Source of the DNA: an uncultured Planctomycetota bacterium
GTDB lineage: Bacteria > Planctomycetota > Planctomycetia > Isosphaerales > Isosphaeraceae
Assembly: GCA_963771445.1 (NCBI GenBank)
Contig: CAVYTQ010000007.1
Coordinates: 7,572-71,571 of the forward strand
Length of the DNA: 64,000 bases
Direction: 5' to 3'
The notes below the pieces were generated by a model that had not been told where the DNA came from, made no database searches, and saw nothing but the letters and a program-made list of their open reading frames with translations. This document shows positions 9,977-22,358 of this stretch, in pieces (position 1 is the first letter of the stretch; every line of letters starts with the position of its first letter). The translations under genes were made by a program, and so were the position numbers.

Positions 9977-10714
9977 CTACCTCGAAGGGCCGACAAGGGC
10001 CCGCTCGATGCAGTCCTTCATCTCGCGGACGGCCCCGGTCAGTCCCGCGAAGATCGCCCGACTGACGATGCTATGGCCGATGTTCAGCTCGTGCATGCCG
10101 TCGATCCGCGCCACGTCGGCCACGTTGCGGTAGTTGAGACCGTGCCCGGCGTGGAGCCCCGTGCCCGAGGCCAAGAGGGCCGCGCCAGCGACCCGCAACG
10201 CTTCGAGGTGGGACTCGCGGGACGGCCCCTCGGGTGCGTCGGCGTAACGACCGGTGTGCAGCTCGGCCGCCGTGACCCCCATCCGGATCGTGGCTTCGAC
10301 CTGCCGAGGGTCGGGATCGATGAAGAGAGAGACCCGGATACCGGCGTCCGCCAGCCGTTTCGCGGCTTCTCCCACCCGCCCGACTTGCCCGGCCACATCC
10401 AGACCACCCTCGGTCGTGAGCTCTTCGCGCCGTTCGGGGACGAGCGTCACCTGGTCCGGTCGGAACGCCAGTGCCAGGTCCACGATCCCGGGCTCGACGG
10501 CCATCTCCAGGTTGAGCAGCACCTGCACCGTCTCGCGGAGCAGCCTCAGGTCGCGATCCTGGATATGCCGACGATCCTCGCGCAGATGGATCGTGATGCC
10601 GTCGGCACCCCCCAGTTCGGCGAGCGCGGCCGCCCAGACCGGGTCCGGCTCGCGACCGCCCCGTGCCTGGCGAAGCGTGGCCACATGGTCGATATTCACG
10701 CCCAATCTTACCAT
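9977..10714 (-). CDS. pdxJ: pyridoxine 5-prime-phosphate synthase
   Basis: Motifs [30 protein letters not shown] and HAGHGLNY. It is 245 aa and forms the C-terminal part of the chimeric 1143-aa track ORF 9977..13408. Confidence 0.93.
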   Translation of the reverse strand: MVRLGVNIDHVATLRQARGGREPDPVWAAALAELGGADGITIHLREDRRHIQDRDLRLLRETVQVLLNLEMAVEPGIVDLALAFRPDQVTLVPERREELTTEGGLDVAGQVGRVGEAAKRLADAGIRVSLFIDPDPRQVEATIRMGVTAAELHTGRYADAPEGPSRESHLEALRVAGAALLASGTGLHAGHGLNYRNVADVARIDGMHELNIGHSIVSRAIFAGLTGAVREMKDCIERALVGPSR

Positions 10715-10755
10715 GGCAGCATCACTCCCCAGATGTTCGCGTGATGAGCCGAGCT

Positions 10756-13051
10756 TCACCAGGGTGTGCCGCCGCGGCGGGGTGGCGGGCCGTCCGGGGT
10801 GGCTCGACCGACCGTCCGGAGCGGGGATTTCGCCAGCACGAAGGTACGCTCGGGTCCGACGGCGAAGGCCACGCGTCCCTTGCGGTTCGGGCCGGCGCCC
10901 TCGACGGCGACGATCCGGCCCAGGCCGTATTCGGGGTGGAGTACCGAGACTCCCGGGCGCAGGGCATCGAGCTCGGAGGCGATGGCGGCGGGGAAAGGCG
11001 GTCCCCCCGTGGAGGAGAGGTCGGCCGCCGTGGTCAGCCGGAACGTCGGAGCGGGCGACGGTCGTCCCTCGGGGCGACGGGACGGCCCGTTCCCCGCGGC
11101 CCCTCTGGGGCGGAGTTCCTGGTAGCCGAGGCCCGAGAGGTCGCGGACGGTCATCGACTCCTCGGGCAGCTCGGCGAGGAACCGCGAGGGCATGGTCGCC
11201 TGTTGCTGGCCGCGAAACGACCGCACGCAGCACCGGCTCAGGTAGAGCTCGCGGCGGGCCCGGGTGATCCCGACGAAGAGGAGCCGGCGCTCCTCCTCGA
11301 GCTCGGCGCGATCTTCGTTGGCCCGCGAATGAGGGAGGATGGATTCCTCGAGCGCCACGATGAAAACCGCGGGGAACTCGAGGCCCTTGGCCGCGTGCAG
11401 GGTCATCAGGGTGACGGCGCCGGTGTCCTGGTCCCAGCGGTCGATCGGCGAGGCCAGGGTGATCTCGGCCAGTAACTCCTGGATCGACGAGTCGGGGTGG
11501 ACCTGGTCGAACTCGCGCGCCGCGGTAATCAGCTCGTCCAGATTCGCCAGCCGCTCCTCGCCGCTCCCCTTGGCCTCGGCGGCGAGGTGTTCGCGATAGC
11601 CGGTCTGGACCATGGTCCGGGTCACGACCTCCTCGGCGGCCAGCTCGCGGAGTGCGGCGAGGTCGTCGATGAGCCGGGCGAAGTCGTCGAACGCCTTCGC
11701 GGCCTTCTCCTTGAGGGCCGGCACGGTCCAGGCCCGCCTCGCCATGGCCAGCAGCGGCATCCCTTGCTCGCGGGCGGCCGTCGACAGGGCCTCGATCGAC
11801 GCCTTGCCCAGGCCGCGCGGCGGGACATTCACCGCGCGAAGGAAGGCCAGGTCGTCCTTCGGGTTGACCATCAGGTTCAGGTAGCCCAGGATGTCCTTGA
11901 CCTCCTGCCGCTCGTAGAAGGCGACGCCCCCGACGATCTGGTAGGGGATTCGCGCGGCGCGGAAGGCCTGCTCGAAGGGGCGCGTCAGTGCCGTCATCCG
12001 GCAGAAGACCGCGATGTCGGAGAACCCATACTCTCCCTCGCGCACCAGCGAGGCGATCCGCCCGGCCACGCCCTCGGCCTCGTCGGTCTCGCGCGGGTAG
12101 ACCGTGAACTCGACCGGGGCCCCGCGCGGGTTCTCGGTCAGGAGCGACTTCGGCTTGCGGTTGCGGTTGTGGCGAATCAGGTGGTCCGCAACGCTCAGGA
12201 TGTTCTTGGTGCTCCGGTAATTTCGCTCGAGCGTGACGACCCGGCAACCCGGGTAATCGCGTTCGAATTCGAGGATATTGGTCAGGTCCGCACCCCGCCA
12301 TCCGTAGATCGATTGATCCGGGTCGCCGGTGACGCACAGGTTGGGGTGGTCGACCGACAGGGCGCGAACGATGGCATACTGGGCGAGGTTTGTGTCCTGA
12401 TATTCGTCCACGAGCACGTAACGATAGCGGCGGTCGAGCTCGGCGCGGACGTCCTTGTGCTCCTTGACGATGGCCACCATATGCACGAGCAGGTCGTCGA
12501 AGTCGACGGCCGAGGCGCCGCGAAGGCGATTCTCGTAGGCTTCGTAGAGCCTGCGCCAGCAGTGCATCCTTGCGGTCGGCGGCGCGTCGTCGCCAGGCGT
12601 CGGGGTGGACCAGGTCGTTCTTGGCCCGGCTGATGGTGGACTCGACGCGTTCGGGGGTCCAGCCGGGCACGTCCCAGCCGATCTGCTCCATGATGTCCTT
12701 GAGGGCGCGGCGGCGATCGTTCTGGTCGTAGATCGTGAAGCTCGGGTCGATGCCGACCAGGCGGGCGTACTTGCGCAGCAGGCGGGCGCAGATGCCGTGG
12801 AACGTGCCGACCCAGACGCGGGAGTCCGGCACCAGGGCGTCGATGCGCTCGCGCATCTCGCCGGCCGCCTTGTTGGTGAAGGTCACCGCCAGGATGGATT
12901 CCGCCGGGATGCCCGACCCGATGAGGTGGGCGACGCGCCGCGTGATCACGCGCGTCTTGCCCGAGCCCGCGCCGGCGAGGACGAGCAGCGGGCCGTCGAT
13001 GTGGGTGACGGCCTCTTGCTGGGCGGGCGTCAGGTCGGCGAGCAAGTCCAT
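10756..13051 (-). CDS. uvrD: UvrD/PcrA-type ATP-dependent DNA helicase (one apparent frame break near 12570)
   Basis: Walker [10 protein letters not shown]. Also [17 protein letters not shown] and [12 protein letters not shown]. The N-terminal 160 aa are in the frame of track ORF 9977..13408 and the rest in ORF 10756..12567. Confidence 0.9.
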
Positions 13052-13355
13052 GGAACGGTCTACCTCGGGCCCGTCGGCTCGGCCCGGGGCCCGGGGCGCC
13101 GGGACGGGCGGGGTCAGGATCGCGATCGCATCCCCAGTATAGCCGCGCCGGGCGCCGCGGGCGATGCAAGTCCGGCTTCCTCCGGTCGTGCTTCCGTCGG
13201 TGTCTCGACCGAGGCCTCGGGCCGCGCATCGAGGCTTGGCCCGCGCAACGGCGCGGGTTAGAGTGGATTCCCGATCGGTGCCGTCGGCCGAGGCGCGACG
13301 GACGAGACCGGCCGGCCAGGCGGGACGCCGCCATCGAAGGGGAGAAGCGCGGACG

Positions 13356-13779
13356 ATGGAGATCCTGGGGATCGGCACGGACATCGTGGAATGTCCGCGG
13401 ATCGGCAAGATGATCGAGCAGCACGGCGAGCTCTTCCTCCGGCGGATCTACACCGAGCGGGAGATCCGCTACTGCCAGGCGCGGAAGCACGCCATCGAGC
13501 ACTTCGCCGGCCGCTGGGCGGCCAAGGAAGCCATCCTGAAGGCGATGGGGACGGGCAGGAGCCGCGGCATCGCCTGGACCCACGTCGAGGTGCGCAACGG
13601 CCCGGACGGGCGGCCGCAGGTCATGATCTGCGGCGCGGCTCGCGAGGTGGCCCGGGAGCGTCAGCATCGGCGAGATCCTGGTCTCGATCTCGCATTGCCG
13701 GACCTACGCCACCGCCCACGCCCTGGCCCTGGGCCGTCCCGCCTCCACCGGCAAGCCGGCCGATCCGGAACCCTCCTGA
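13356..13779 (+). CDS. acpS: holo-ACP synthase (one apparent frame break near 13660)
   Basis: Motifs [12 protein letters not shown] and [14 protein letters not shown]. After the break, the C-terminus [23 protein letters not shown] is recovered in the +1 frame, ending at TGA 13777-13779. Confidence 0.85.
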
Positions 13780-13840
13780 TGGTCGCTCTTCCCGCGAGCA
13801 ACAGGGGCTCCCGAACGTCAATCGAGAGGACACGCCCGAG

Positions 13841-15322
13841 ATGCGACCCAATTCAGGCAGCGGGATGAGCCGGGCCGTCAACGGCCGACCCGGCCCCAAG
13901 ACACAGGCTTTGCCGTTCCTCGCCGTCATGCTGGCGATCCTCGCATTGAGCCCACCGTGGCTGCGAGCCGAGGGCGCAGGTCCCGCGGTGATCGATCGCG
14001 GGCTCCGGATCGTCGGGGATGTCCCCTACTCCAACGATCGCGACCCGCGCCGCAGGCTCGACCTCTACCTGCCGGAGAAGCCGCCGGCGCGCAGGCTTCC
14101 GCTCATCATCCTGATCCACGGGGGCGGTTGGGACGCCGGGGACCGTCGTGCCTTTGGCGGACTTTGCCGCGACCTTGCCCGGCGGGGATACGCGGCGGCC
14201 ACGGTCGGCTATCGGCTCAGCCGCCAGGCGAAGTTTCCGGCGCAGGTTGAAGACTGCAAGTCGGCCGTGCGCTGGTTGCGTGGTCATGCCGCGACCTATG
14301 GGCTCGATCCCGACCGATTTGTGGTCGGCGGCCATTCGGCAGGGGGCCATCTCGCCGCCTTACTGGGGACCACGAACGGCGACCGCCGTTTCGATCGAGG
14401 AGAAAATCTCGCAGTCGGCAGCGACGTCCAGGCTGTCCTCTGGTTCGCGGGAGTCGGGGATTTCGTGGGCCGGGTCGAGACGCCCGGCTACGAGTCGGAG
14501 GGGAAGCCCGACAGCGGCCAGTCGCGCCTCATCGGTGGTGCTGTGCTGGCCAACCGCGAGAGGGCGATGGAGGCCAGCCCGATCCGCCATGTCGGCCCGA
14601 GGTCGTCGCCATTCCTGTTCTTCCACGGCGACGTGGATCGGGCCGTCCCGGTGGCCCAGGCCAGGCAGATGCATGAGGCGCTGCGGTCTCGTGGAGTGGA
14701 ATCCGAGCTGCACATCCTGCCGGGCGTCGACCATGTCGGTCCGGCGTTCTTCTCGCCGCTGATGATGAAGCAGATCGACGATTTCCTGTCGCGCGTGTTG
14801 CGTTCGGGCTCCGATCGGCTCGGGGCCCATTCGCTCGCGGCGGGCGAATACACGATGGAACCGATGTCCGCTCCCGGCATGGTCCTGGTGAGTCGACGGC
14901 CCGCGCCCGATGCCGATCCGGGCGTCGGCCTGGCCGCGTCGCGCGGCTCGGGGGATCAGGTGTGGAGCTTCACCCCGACGGGCGGTGGCTATTTCACGAT
15001 CCGCCCTACGTCCGATCCGTCGCGGGTGCTGAGCGTCGCGGACGGGCCGTTCAGGGACGGCACCCGCGTCCTGCTGCTTCCCGACCGCGGGGCCGACTCG
15101 CAGTCCTGGCTGATCTCGCGCGACGCGATCGCCGACACTTGCACCCTGATGGCGAAGAGTGTCACGATCGCGGCCCTCGACGACTTCGGGGGCGACGCCA
15201 CACCCCGGGCCCGCATCGACCTCTGGAGCTACAACGGCGCCGACCCGCACCTACGCTGGACCCTCACCCCGGCGAACCCGCGACCGAACCCCGGCGCCGG
15301 CGATCGTGCCGCGAGGCCGTGA
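13841..15322 (+). CDS. secreted alpha/beta-hydrolase (esterase/lipase-type) fused to a C-terminal ricin-B-like lectin domain
   Basis: Signal-like N-terminus (ALPFLAVMLAILALSPPWLRAEG). HGGGW oxyanion motif, GHSAGG nucleophile elbow, and later HGDVDRAV and VDHVG. The C-terminal ~140 aa carry three QxW-like motifs (QVW, QSW, LRW). Confidence 0.8.
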   Translation: MRPNSGSGMSRAVNGRPGPKTQALPFLAVMLAILALSPPWLRAEGAGPAVIDRGLRIVGDVPYSNDRDPRRRLDLYLPEKPPARRLPLIILIHGGGWDAGDRRAFGGLCRDLARRGYAAATVGYRLSRQAKFPAQVEDCKSAVRWLRGHAATYGLDPDRFVVGGHSAGGHLAALLGTTNGDRRFDRGENLAVGSDVQAVLWFAGVGDFVGRVETPGYESEGKPDSGQSRLIGGAVLANRERAMEASPIRHVGPRSSPFLFFHGDVDRAVPVAQARQMHEALRSRGVESELHILPGVDHVGPAFFSPLMMKQIDDFLSRVLRSGSDRLGAHSLAAGEYTMEPMSAPGMVLVSRRPAPDADPGVGLAASRGSGDQVWSFTPTGGGYFTIRPTSDPSRVLSVADGPFRDGTRVLLLPDRGADSQSWLISRDAIADTCTLMAKSVTIAALDDFGGDATPRARIDLWSYNGADPHLRWTLTPANPRPNPGAGDRAARP

Positions 15323-15869
15323 GCGGTCCTCGATCGTGACTTCGCCAAGGTGAGACGACCTGGCCTCGCTCGAGGCCAGGGCCGCCGGACCTCACGGGGT
15401 GGTCCTGGCCCGATGGAACACGCGGGTGCCGGAGGCGACTTTCACCGAGGGGCCGAGTCGCCGGGCGTGCTCGTCGTCGCGGCGGGCCAGCTCGATGTGC
15501 CCCAGTGCCGCGTGGGCTCGCGCCCGGTTGTCATAGCACTGCGCGGAGCCGGGTGACAGCGCGACGCAGACGTCGAAGGCGCTCAGAAGGTGTGTGCGAA
15601 GGCTCACAGCCATACCGGTGGGCCTCATGCCTGCGGCGTTCGATCCACCCTACGACCTCTTCTCACACCCTCTCTCAGCTCGGGGCCAGCTCGCTGCGTT
15701 TCGGCGAGCGCGGATGCCCGCTTCGATCCATCCGGAGGGATGCGTCTGAGGCTAGAGGTGGGAGAATCTCCCGAGGGCGACCCAGCCTGATTTCGGACGA
15801 CGTCCCGGCGCAAGGATTGCACGTCGAGCGAAGGCGGAATCGGCCTCGGGGGATGGACCGCCGCCGCGA

Positions 15870-18550
15870 TCAGGTCTCGGCGGAGGCCCCGACGGCGGCG
15901 TTGATCTTGGCCAGCGTCTCCTCGCTGGGCTGGCGGGTGCCGCGGCACTTGGGATAGCCCTTGCAGCCGAGGAAGTATCCGCGGCGGCTCTCGCGGACGA
16001 GCATCGGGCCGCCGCATTGCTCGCAGGTCTCGTCGACGGGGATCGTCTTGAGGTCGACGCCCGTCTTGGCCGCGGGCGGCGCCTGCTCGGCAAGCTGCTC
16101 CTTCAGCTCATCGGGGATCTGCGCCGTCCCGCGGCACTTGGGGTAATTGGTGCAGCCCAGGAACGACCCCCGGCGGCCGCGCCGCACGGCCATCGCGCCG
16201 CCGCACTTGGTGCAGGGGACCTCCACCTTGACCGTCGGGACCGGCTTGCCCTGGTCGTCAACTTGCACCGCATTGCGGCACTTGGGATACCCGGTGCAAC
16301 CCAGGAAGGCCCCGCGCAGTTCCCTCGCGCAGCGCCATCGGCTTGCCGCACTTCTCGCAGGTATATTCCGTCTCCTGGACGGACGGCACGGGGTTGCCCG
16401 CCTCGTCCATGTTGAACGACTCCTTGCATCCGGGGTAACCCGAGCAGGAGAGGAACTTCTCGCCCCGCTTGTTCTGGCGGATCATGAGGGGCTTGCTGCA
16501 CTTGGGGCAGGCGTGCTCGCTGGCGACGGCCTCGGCGCGGGGCTGCCCGCCGATCGGCCGGGTCGCCTTGCACTCGCCCGTGGAGTACCTCGAGCAGCTC
16601 AGGAACTTGCCCGTGCGGCTGAACTTGATCACCATCGGCGCACCGCAGACGTGGCAGGTCTCGTCGGTGGGGATCTGGACCCTCCCCGCCTGCTGCTCGG
16701 CCGACTTCAGCGCCTCCTGGAACGGGTGGTAGAACTCGTCGAGGACCTTGACCATGTCCTCCTTGGCCTGCGGCGATACCGTCGAGCTCGTCTTCCATCT
16801 GCGCGGTGAACTTGAGGTCGAGGATCTTGGGGAACCGCTCGACCAGGAACTCGGTCACGGCCATGCCCAGCTCGGTGGCGAAGAAGCGCCGCTCCTTCTG
16901 CTCGACGTACTGGCGATCCTGGATGGTCTGGATGATCGGCGCATAGGTGCTCGGGCGGCCGATCGCCTCCTTCTCGAGGGCCTTGATCAGGGTGGCCTCG
17001 CTGAAGCGCGGCGGCGGCTGGGTGAAATGCTGGGTCGCGTCCAGCGAGTGCAGGTCGAGCGCCTGGCCGGCGGAGAGCGCCGGCAAGAGCGCGTCCTCGG
17101 ACTTGCCGCCCGGCGGCCAGACGCGGCGATGGCCGTCGAACTTGAGGATCTTGCCCTGCGCCTTGAAGACGCCCGGACCGGCGGTGATCGCCACGTCGGT
17201 GACCGTGAAGACCGCGGGGGCCATCTGGCTGGCGACGAAGCGGGCGTAGATCAGTTGATACAGCCGGAACTGGTCGTGCGACAACTGGCCGCGGATCCGC
17301 TCGGGCGTGAAGGCCAGATCGGTGGGGCGGATGGCCTCGTGTGCCTCCTGCGCCAGCTTGCCGGCGGCGTAGCGGATCGGCTTGGCCGGCACGTACTTCT
17401 CGCCGAAATCGGCGTTGATCTTCTCGCGCACGGCCGTCATCGCCTCGTCGCTGACGCGGAGGCTGTCGGTACGCATGTAGGTGATCAGGCCGACTGGCCC
17501 GCTGCCGTTGACGTCGATGCCTTCGTAGAGCTCCTGGGCGACCTTCATGGTCCGCTTGCCGGAGAACCGCAGCCGGATCGCCGCCTGCTGCTGGAGCGTG
17601 CTGGTCTTGAACGGGGCATCGGCCCGGTCGAGCTTCTCGACCTCGTCCACACGGCTGATGACGTAGGGCGACGAGCTCAGGACATCGCGGACGGCGTGGG
17701 CGTCCGTCCCGTTGGTCGCCTCGAACTTCGCGCCGTTGTATTCGACCAGCGCGGCCTCGAACCGGTCCGCCTCCTCGGTGGCGCCGACGGGGCTGACCGT
17801 GGCGGCGATCTTCCAGTACTCCTCGCTGACGAAGGCGCGGATGTCCCGCTCGCGGTCGGCGATCAGCCGGACGGCGACCGACTGGACCCGCCCCGCGCTG
17901 AGGTGCCGCATGATCTTCTTCCAGAGCAGCGGGCTGAGCTGATAGCCCACGATCCGGTCGAGGAACCGCCGCGCCTGCTGCGCATTGACCAGGTCCATGT
18001 TGATCGGCGTGGTGTGGCCGAAGGCCTCCTTGACGGCCCGCTCGGTGATCTCGTGGAACGTCACCCGGCGGACGCGCTCATCGGGCAGCTCGAGCGCCTG
18101 CTGGAGGTGCCATGCGATGGCCTCGCCCTCGCGGTCGGGGTCGGTCGCTAGGTAGACCATGTCGGCCCGCGCCGCGGCGCGTTTCAGCTCGCTGATCGTG
18201 TCCTTCTTGGCCGGGACCACCTCGTAAGAGGGGGCATAGCCGTGGCCGACGTCGAGGCCCAGCTTGCGCTTGGGCAGGTCGCGGACGTGCCCCATGCTGG
18301 CCTTGACGATATAATCGCCGCCGAGGAATTTGTCGATCGACCGGGCCTTCTTGGGGCTCTCGACGATGACCAGGGCCGGACCGCCGCCAATGGCCACGGG
18401 CTCGCCTGATTCGGCCGTCTTGCGGCGGGCGGTGGCCTTCTTCGGGGACGCCTTCTTGGCCGTCGCACGCTTGCCGGCCGAGCCCCCGGTCGCCGTTTGA
18501 TCCCCTGTGCCATCCTGCGTCTTGGACTTGCTAGCCACGATGCGAACCAC
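15870..18550 (-). CDS. topA: DNA topoisomerase I (two apparent frame breaks near 16790 and 16325)
   Basis: Toprim VIVESPKKA and GHVRDLP. Catalytic Tyr region LITYMRTDS. There are five C4 zinc ribbons in the C-terminal region. The pieces are track ORFs 16103..18550, 16258..16755 and 15870..16268. Confidence 0.95.
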
Positions 18551-18831
18551 CTATCCGGTTGCTATCGAACCATTTGCGATATTCGTGCCCGCCCCGTGAC
18601 GGCCGGTGCGGTCGGGGTTTGAGATTGCCCCGTCATCGATTCCTGGTACCATTGGACATGGGCCCGTTGCGGTACCGGCCCCGCATCCCGACCCCTTAGC
18701 GACATAAGCTAGGGTATCGGGGCCTGTCAAGGGGGCATGAGAGGAACAGCCCCCCGGAGGACCGTCTTTTTGGACCTCCGCCCGCCGGGGTATCCCATCG
18801 AAAAGCATCGATCGAGAACTCGAGGAACTCC

Positions 18832-20764
18832 ATGTCGTTCGAGGTCTTCCGCCGCCACCAGAAGAAGCTGCTGGCGGTCTTCGCGATCCTGGCCATGTTC
18901 GGCTTCGTCGTCTCCGACAGCCTGTTCCGCCTGCTCAACTCGGGCCCCGGCACCCGCGATCAGCCGGTCGTCAACCTGTATGGCCGGACGGTCTACCAGA
19001 GCGACCTCAACGGGATGCAGCGGGAGCGGATCCTCGCCAATCGGTTCCTGTTCCGCCTCTCGCCGCGGTTCGGCCAGGAGCCGTTCGGCGGCGTGAGGAC
19101 CCGCGAGCTGGTCGACGCCCTCATCCTGCGCCACGAGGCCGACCGGCTGGGGATACCCGCCGACGTGGAGACGGGCAAGGACTTCGTCAAGCGGATCACG
19201 ATGGGGCAGATGAACGGCGAGTGGTTCGATCGACTGATGGTCGACTTCCGCAACGAGGTCGCCGACGAGGAGGTCCTGACGGCCATCGCCGATCAGGTCC
19301 GGCTGAATTACGTCCACGGCATCTACGGCGACCCGAACCGGCTGATCGGCGGCCCGATGGTCACCCCCTTCGACATCTACCGCGCCTATCGCGACCAGAA
19401 TGAAAAGGTTTCGGCCAAGCTCGTCGAGGTGCCCGTGGAGAAGTTCCTCGACAAGGTGCCCGAGCCCTCGGCGGCCGAGATCCAGGCGTTCTACGACGCC
19501 CACAAGGACACGCTGCCCGACCCGATGCGGGTCGCTCCCGGGTTCAAGCTGCCGCGCCAGGTGCAGCTCGAGATCCTCTCCCTCGACGGCAATGCCCTGG
19601 CCCGATCGATCAAGGACCGGCTCACCGACGCCGAGCTCCGAACGGCTTACGAGAATCGGAAGTCCGAGTTTCCCTACAAGAAGAATCCGAATGATCTCCC
19701 CGACGACCTCTTCGCCGGCCATCCCGAGCTGACCCCGGCCGCGATGCAGCCGTTCGACGAGGCCCGGCCGATCCTCGCCGCCTCGCTGGCCGAGGCCAGG
19801 GCGCATGACCAGATCGTCGAGCAATTCACCCGGATCCGCCGAAACGTCCTCGACAGCTTCTTCGACGAGTATCAGCAGGCCCAGATCAAGCAGCGAGGAG
19901 GCCGGCGGCAAGGACGCGGCGGGCGGACCGCCGCTCCCCCAGCCCCCGGACCTGAAGGAGGTGGCCCAGCGCGAGCACCTCGAATACGACCTGACACCGA
20001 TGCTCTCCCGCGAGGATGCCGAGAATTATGGGCAGCTCGCCTCGGCGCAGGTCGGCCTCGGCAACCAGCGGGGTACCCGGACCTTCATCGACGAGTTCTT
20101 CGACCCGAAGGCGGGGCTGTACGAGTCGGTCGAGCTGTCCGACCAGATCGGCACACGCTACCTCGCCCGCAAGATGAAGGACGTTTCGCCCCGCGTGCCC
20201 TCGCTCGATGAGGTCCGTCCCCAGGTGGTCCTCGCCTGGAAGATGGAGAAGGCACGTCCGCTGGCCCACAAGGCCGCCGAGGCCGTGGCCGAGCAGCTCG
20301 AGAAGCAGCCCGGCGCGATCAAGGACGGCACCTACCAGGGCTATCGGGTCGTGACGACCCCGGTGATCGCCCGCCAGCATGTGCCGCCGACGCTCTCGAT
20401 CAACCCCTTCGACATGGGCGAGCCCAAGGAGTCGCCGATCTCCGAGGTCGCCTCGCCCGGCCAGGCGTTCCGCACCGCCTTCTTCTCGCTCCAGCCGGGC
20501 AAGGCGACCGTCGCCCCCAACCAACCCGAGACGGCCTTCTATGCGATGGCGCTCGAGCGTCGCGACCCGGCGACCTTCGCCTCGCTGTACGCGCCCAACA
20601 GCGACGCGTTCCGGTACCAGAAGCAGGCCCGCGACCAGGCCGATCGCCAGTTCCTCGACGACTGGATGGCGTGGCTTCGCCACGAGGCGGGCGTCCCGTC
20701 CGACTGGATTCCCCCGGATGAGATCCGTGAGCGGGACGGCGGTCGTCGCAGCGCCAACGGATAA
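18832..20764 (+). CDS. membrane-anchored PpiD/SurA-like periplasmic chaperone (one apparent frame break near 19900)
   Basis: N-terminal TM anchor (LLAVFAILAMFGFVV). The architecture is long, helical and SurA_N-like. The continuation is found in track ORF 19805..20764. I did not see a clear parvulin motif. Confidence 0.6.
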
Positions 20765-20862
20765 CGAAACGATCACGACTCGCCGACTCGCGCCGGCCGG
20801 TGACTCGCGGTTCGGGGACGATCCCGCCGCAGGTCCCCGCGCCGGCCTCCTTGCGGAGCCCC

Positions 20863-21321
20863 ATGATGCTTGCCAGTCGGGTCCAGGCCGACGAGTCGCC
20901 GGTCATCAACATGACGCCGATGGTCGACGTCATCCTCTGCCTCCTGGTATTCTTCATGGCCGCCACGCGGCTCTACGACTGGGACGAGAACGAGTTCGTC
21001 GTCCAGGTCCCCGAGGTCTCTGACGCGGCCCCGCTCACCGCCGCGCCGGATGACCTGGTGCTCACGGTCCGACGTCCGGGCGCCGTGATCGTCGGCGAGA
21101 AGACCTACGACCTCGAAGGGCTCGCGGTCATGCTCCGCGAGGTGCGCGGCCGCTACAACAACCAGGGCGTGGTGATCCGCGGCGACGCCTCGCTGACCTA
21201 CACGGCCCTGGCCGACGTCCTCTCCGCCTGCGACGAGGCGGGCATTCGCAATGTCCGGCTGCCCGTGCGGTCCCGCGAACGGCGGTCCGGCGGCCCGGAC
21301 GCCTCTCCGGCCGCCCCGTGA
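20863..21321 (+). CDS. exbD: ExbD/TolR-family biopolymer transport protein
   Basis: INMTPMVDVILCLLVFFM TM signature followed by a periplasmic domain (VVIRGDASLTYTALADVLSACDEAG). Confidence 0.8.
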   Translation: MMLASRVQADESPVINMTPMVDVILCLLVFFMAATRLYDWDENEFVVQVPEVSDAAPLTAAPDDLVLTVRRPGAVIVGEKTYDLEGLAVMLREVRGRYNNQGVVIRGDASLTYTALADVLSACDEAGIRNVRLPVRSRERRSGGPDASPAAP

Positions 21322-21500
21322 ACCGGTGGCCCTGTCCCTCGAACGACGATCGCCGGATTGATCGAATGGGTGGCCGCTCGGTTCAGCTCGCCGAACGGCG
21401 GCCCGACCAACCGCTCTGAACCACGCCCGGCGGACGTCTCGCCCGGCGCCGGAATCCGAATCCCGCCGACGCGCCGTCGGCCGTCCTCTCGGAGTGCAAG

Positions 21501-22186
21501 ATGGGGCTCATCCGACAGCTCGTGGACACGCTGCTCCACCTCAGTCCCGATACGATCAACGCCTTCGTGGAGTCGGTCGGAGCCGGGCCGTCCTATGCCG
21601 TGCTCTTCCTGATCATCTTCGCCGAGACCGGGCTGGTCGTTACCCCGTTCCTGCCCGGCGACTCGCTGCTGTTCGCGCTCGGGGCCGTCGCGGCCAGCGC
21701 CGGCTCGCCGATCAAGCTGGGCCCGCTCTGCGTGCTCCTGGTGCTGGCGGCCATCCTCGGCGACGCCGTGAACTACGCCGTCGGCTACTTCGTGGGTCCC
21801 CGGGTCTTCTCGAGCGAGCGGTCCCGCCTGCTCAACAAGAAGCACCTGATGCGAGCCCACGAGTTCTACGAGAAGTACGGCGGCCTGACCATCATCCTGC
21901 GCGGTTCATGCCAATCGTCCGGACGTTCGCCCCGTTCGTGGCCGGCATCGGCAAGATGAGCTACCCCCGCTTCGCCGCGTACAACGTGGTGGGGGGTATC
22001 GCCTGGGTCCTGATGTTCCTGCTCGCCGGGTGGCAGTTCGGCAGCCTGGAGGCCGTGCAGCGGAACTTCCACCTCGTGATCGGGGTCATCATCGTGATCT
22101 CGGTCCTGCCGCCGATCATCGAGGCGCTGCGGGTGCGACTGAAGCGCGGCGATGACGGTAAGCCCTCCCCGACGGCCGAGCTGTAG
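21501..22186 (+). CDS. DedA-family membrane protein (one apparent frame break near 21900)
   Basis: Motifs [19 protein letters not shown] and [13 protein letters not shown]. After the break, the C-terminal half ([24 protein letters not shown]) lies in the frame of track ORF 21494..22186. Confidence 0.85.
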
Positions 22187-22358
22187 AGCACCTGATGGGA
22201 TGGGCTGCGCATTCGAGCCCGACGCGCCAGCGAGTGGATGGAGCTGCTCTGTCAGGATCCACTCGCTGGGGTAACGGGCTGGTAACCGACCGAGTCGGCT
22301 CCTGGTGCAATCAATTCAACTGCGGCCCTCGCAGATTCGTCGCCGCCCGTCGTGCCGC

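Noticed and set aside
9977-13408. 1143-aa ORF, the longest continuous ORF in this part of the track
   Set aside because: It is a chimera. The last 245 aa are PdxJ. Residues about 120-280 are the in-frame N-terminus of UvrD. Everything between is an out-of-frame Arg/Pro/Gly-rich read-through of uvrD, and the first 119 aa are antisense to the acpS upstream region.
15392-15628. 78-aa ORF with one TPR-like motif (YDNRARAHAALGHIELARRDDEHARRL)
   Set aside because: It has a single degenerate motif and no convincing start context. It sits in a short spacer between the esterase and topA. It is possibly a gene remnant, but the support is too weak to call.
16748-19911. ORFs 16748..18151 (+, 467 aa) and 18727..19911 (-, 394 aa)
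   Set aside because: They are antisense shadows of topA and of the PpiD-like gene, with low-complexity Arg/Gly/Leu/Asp composition.
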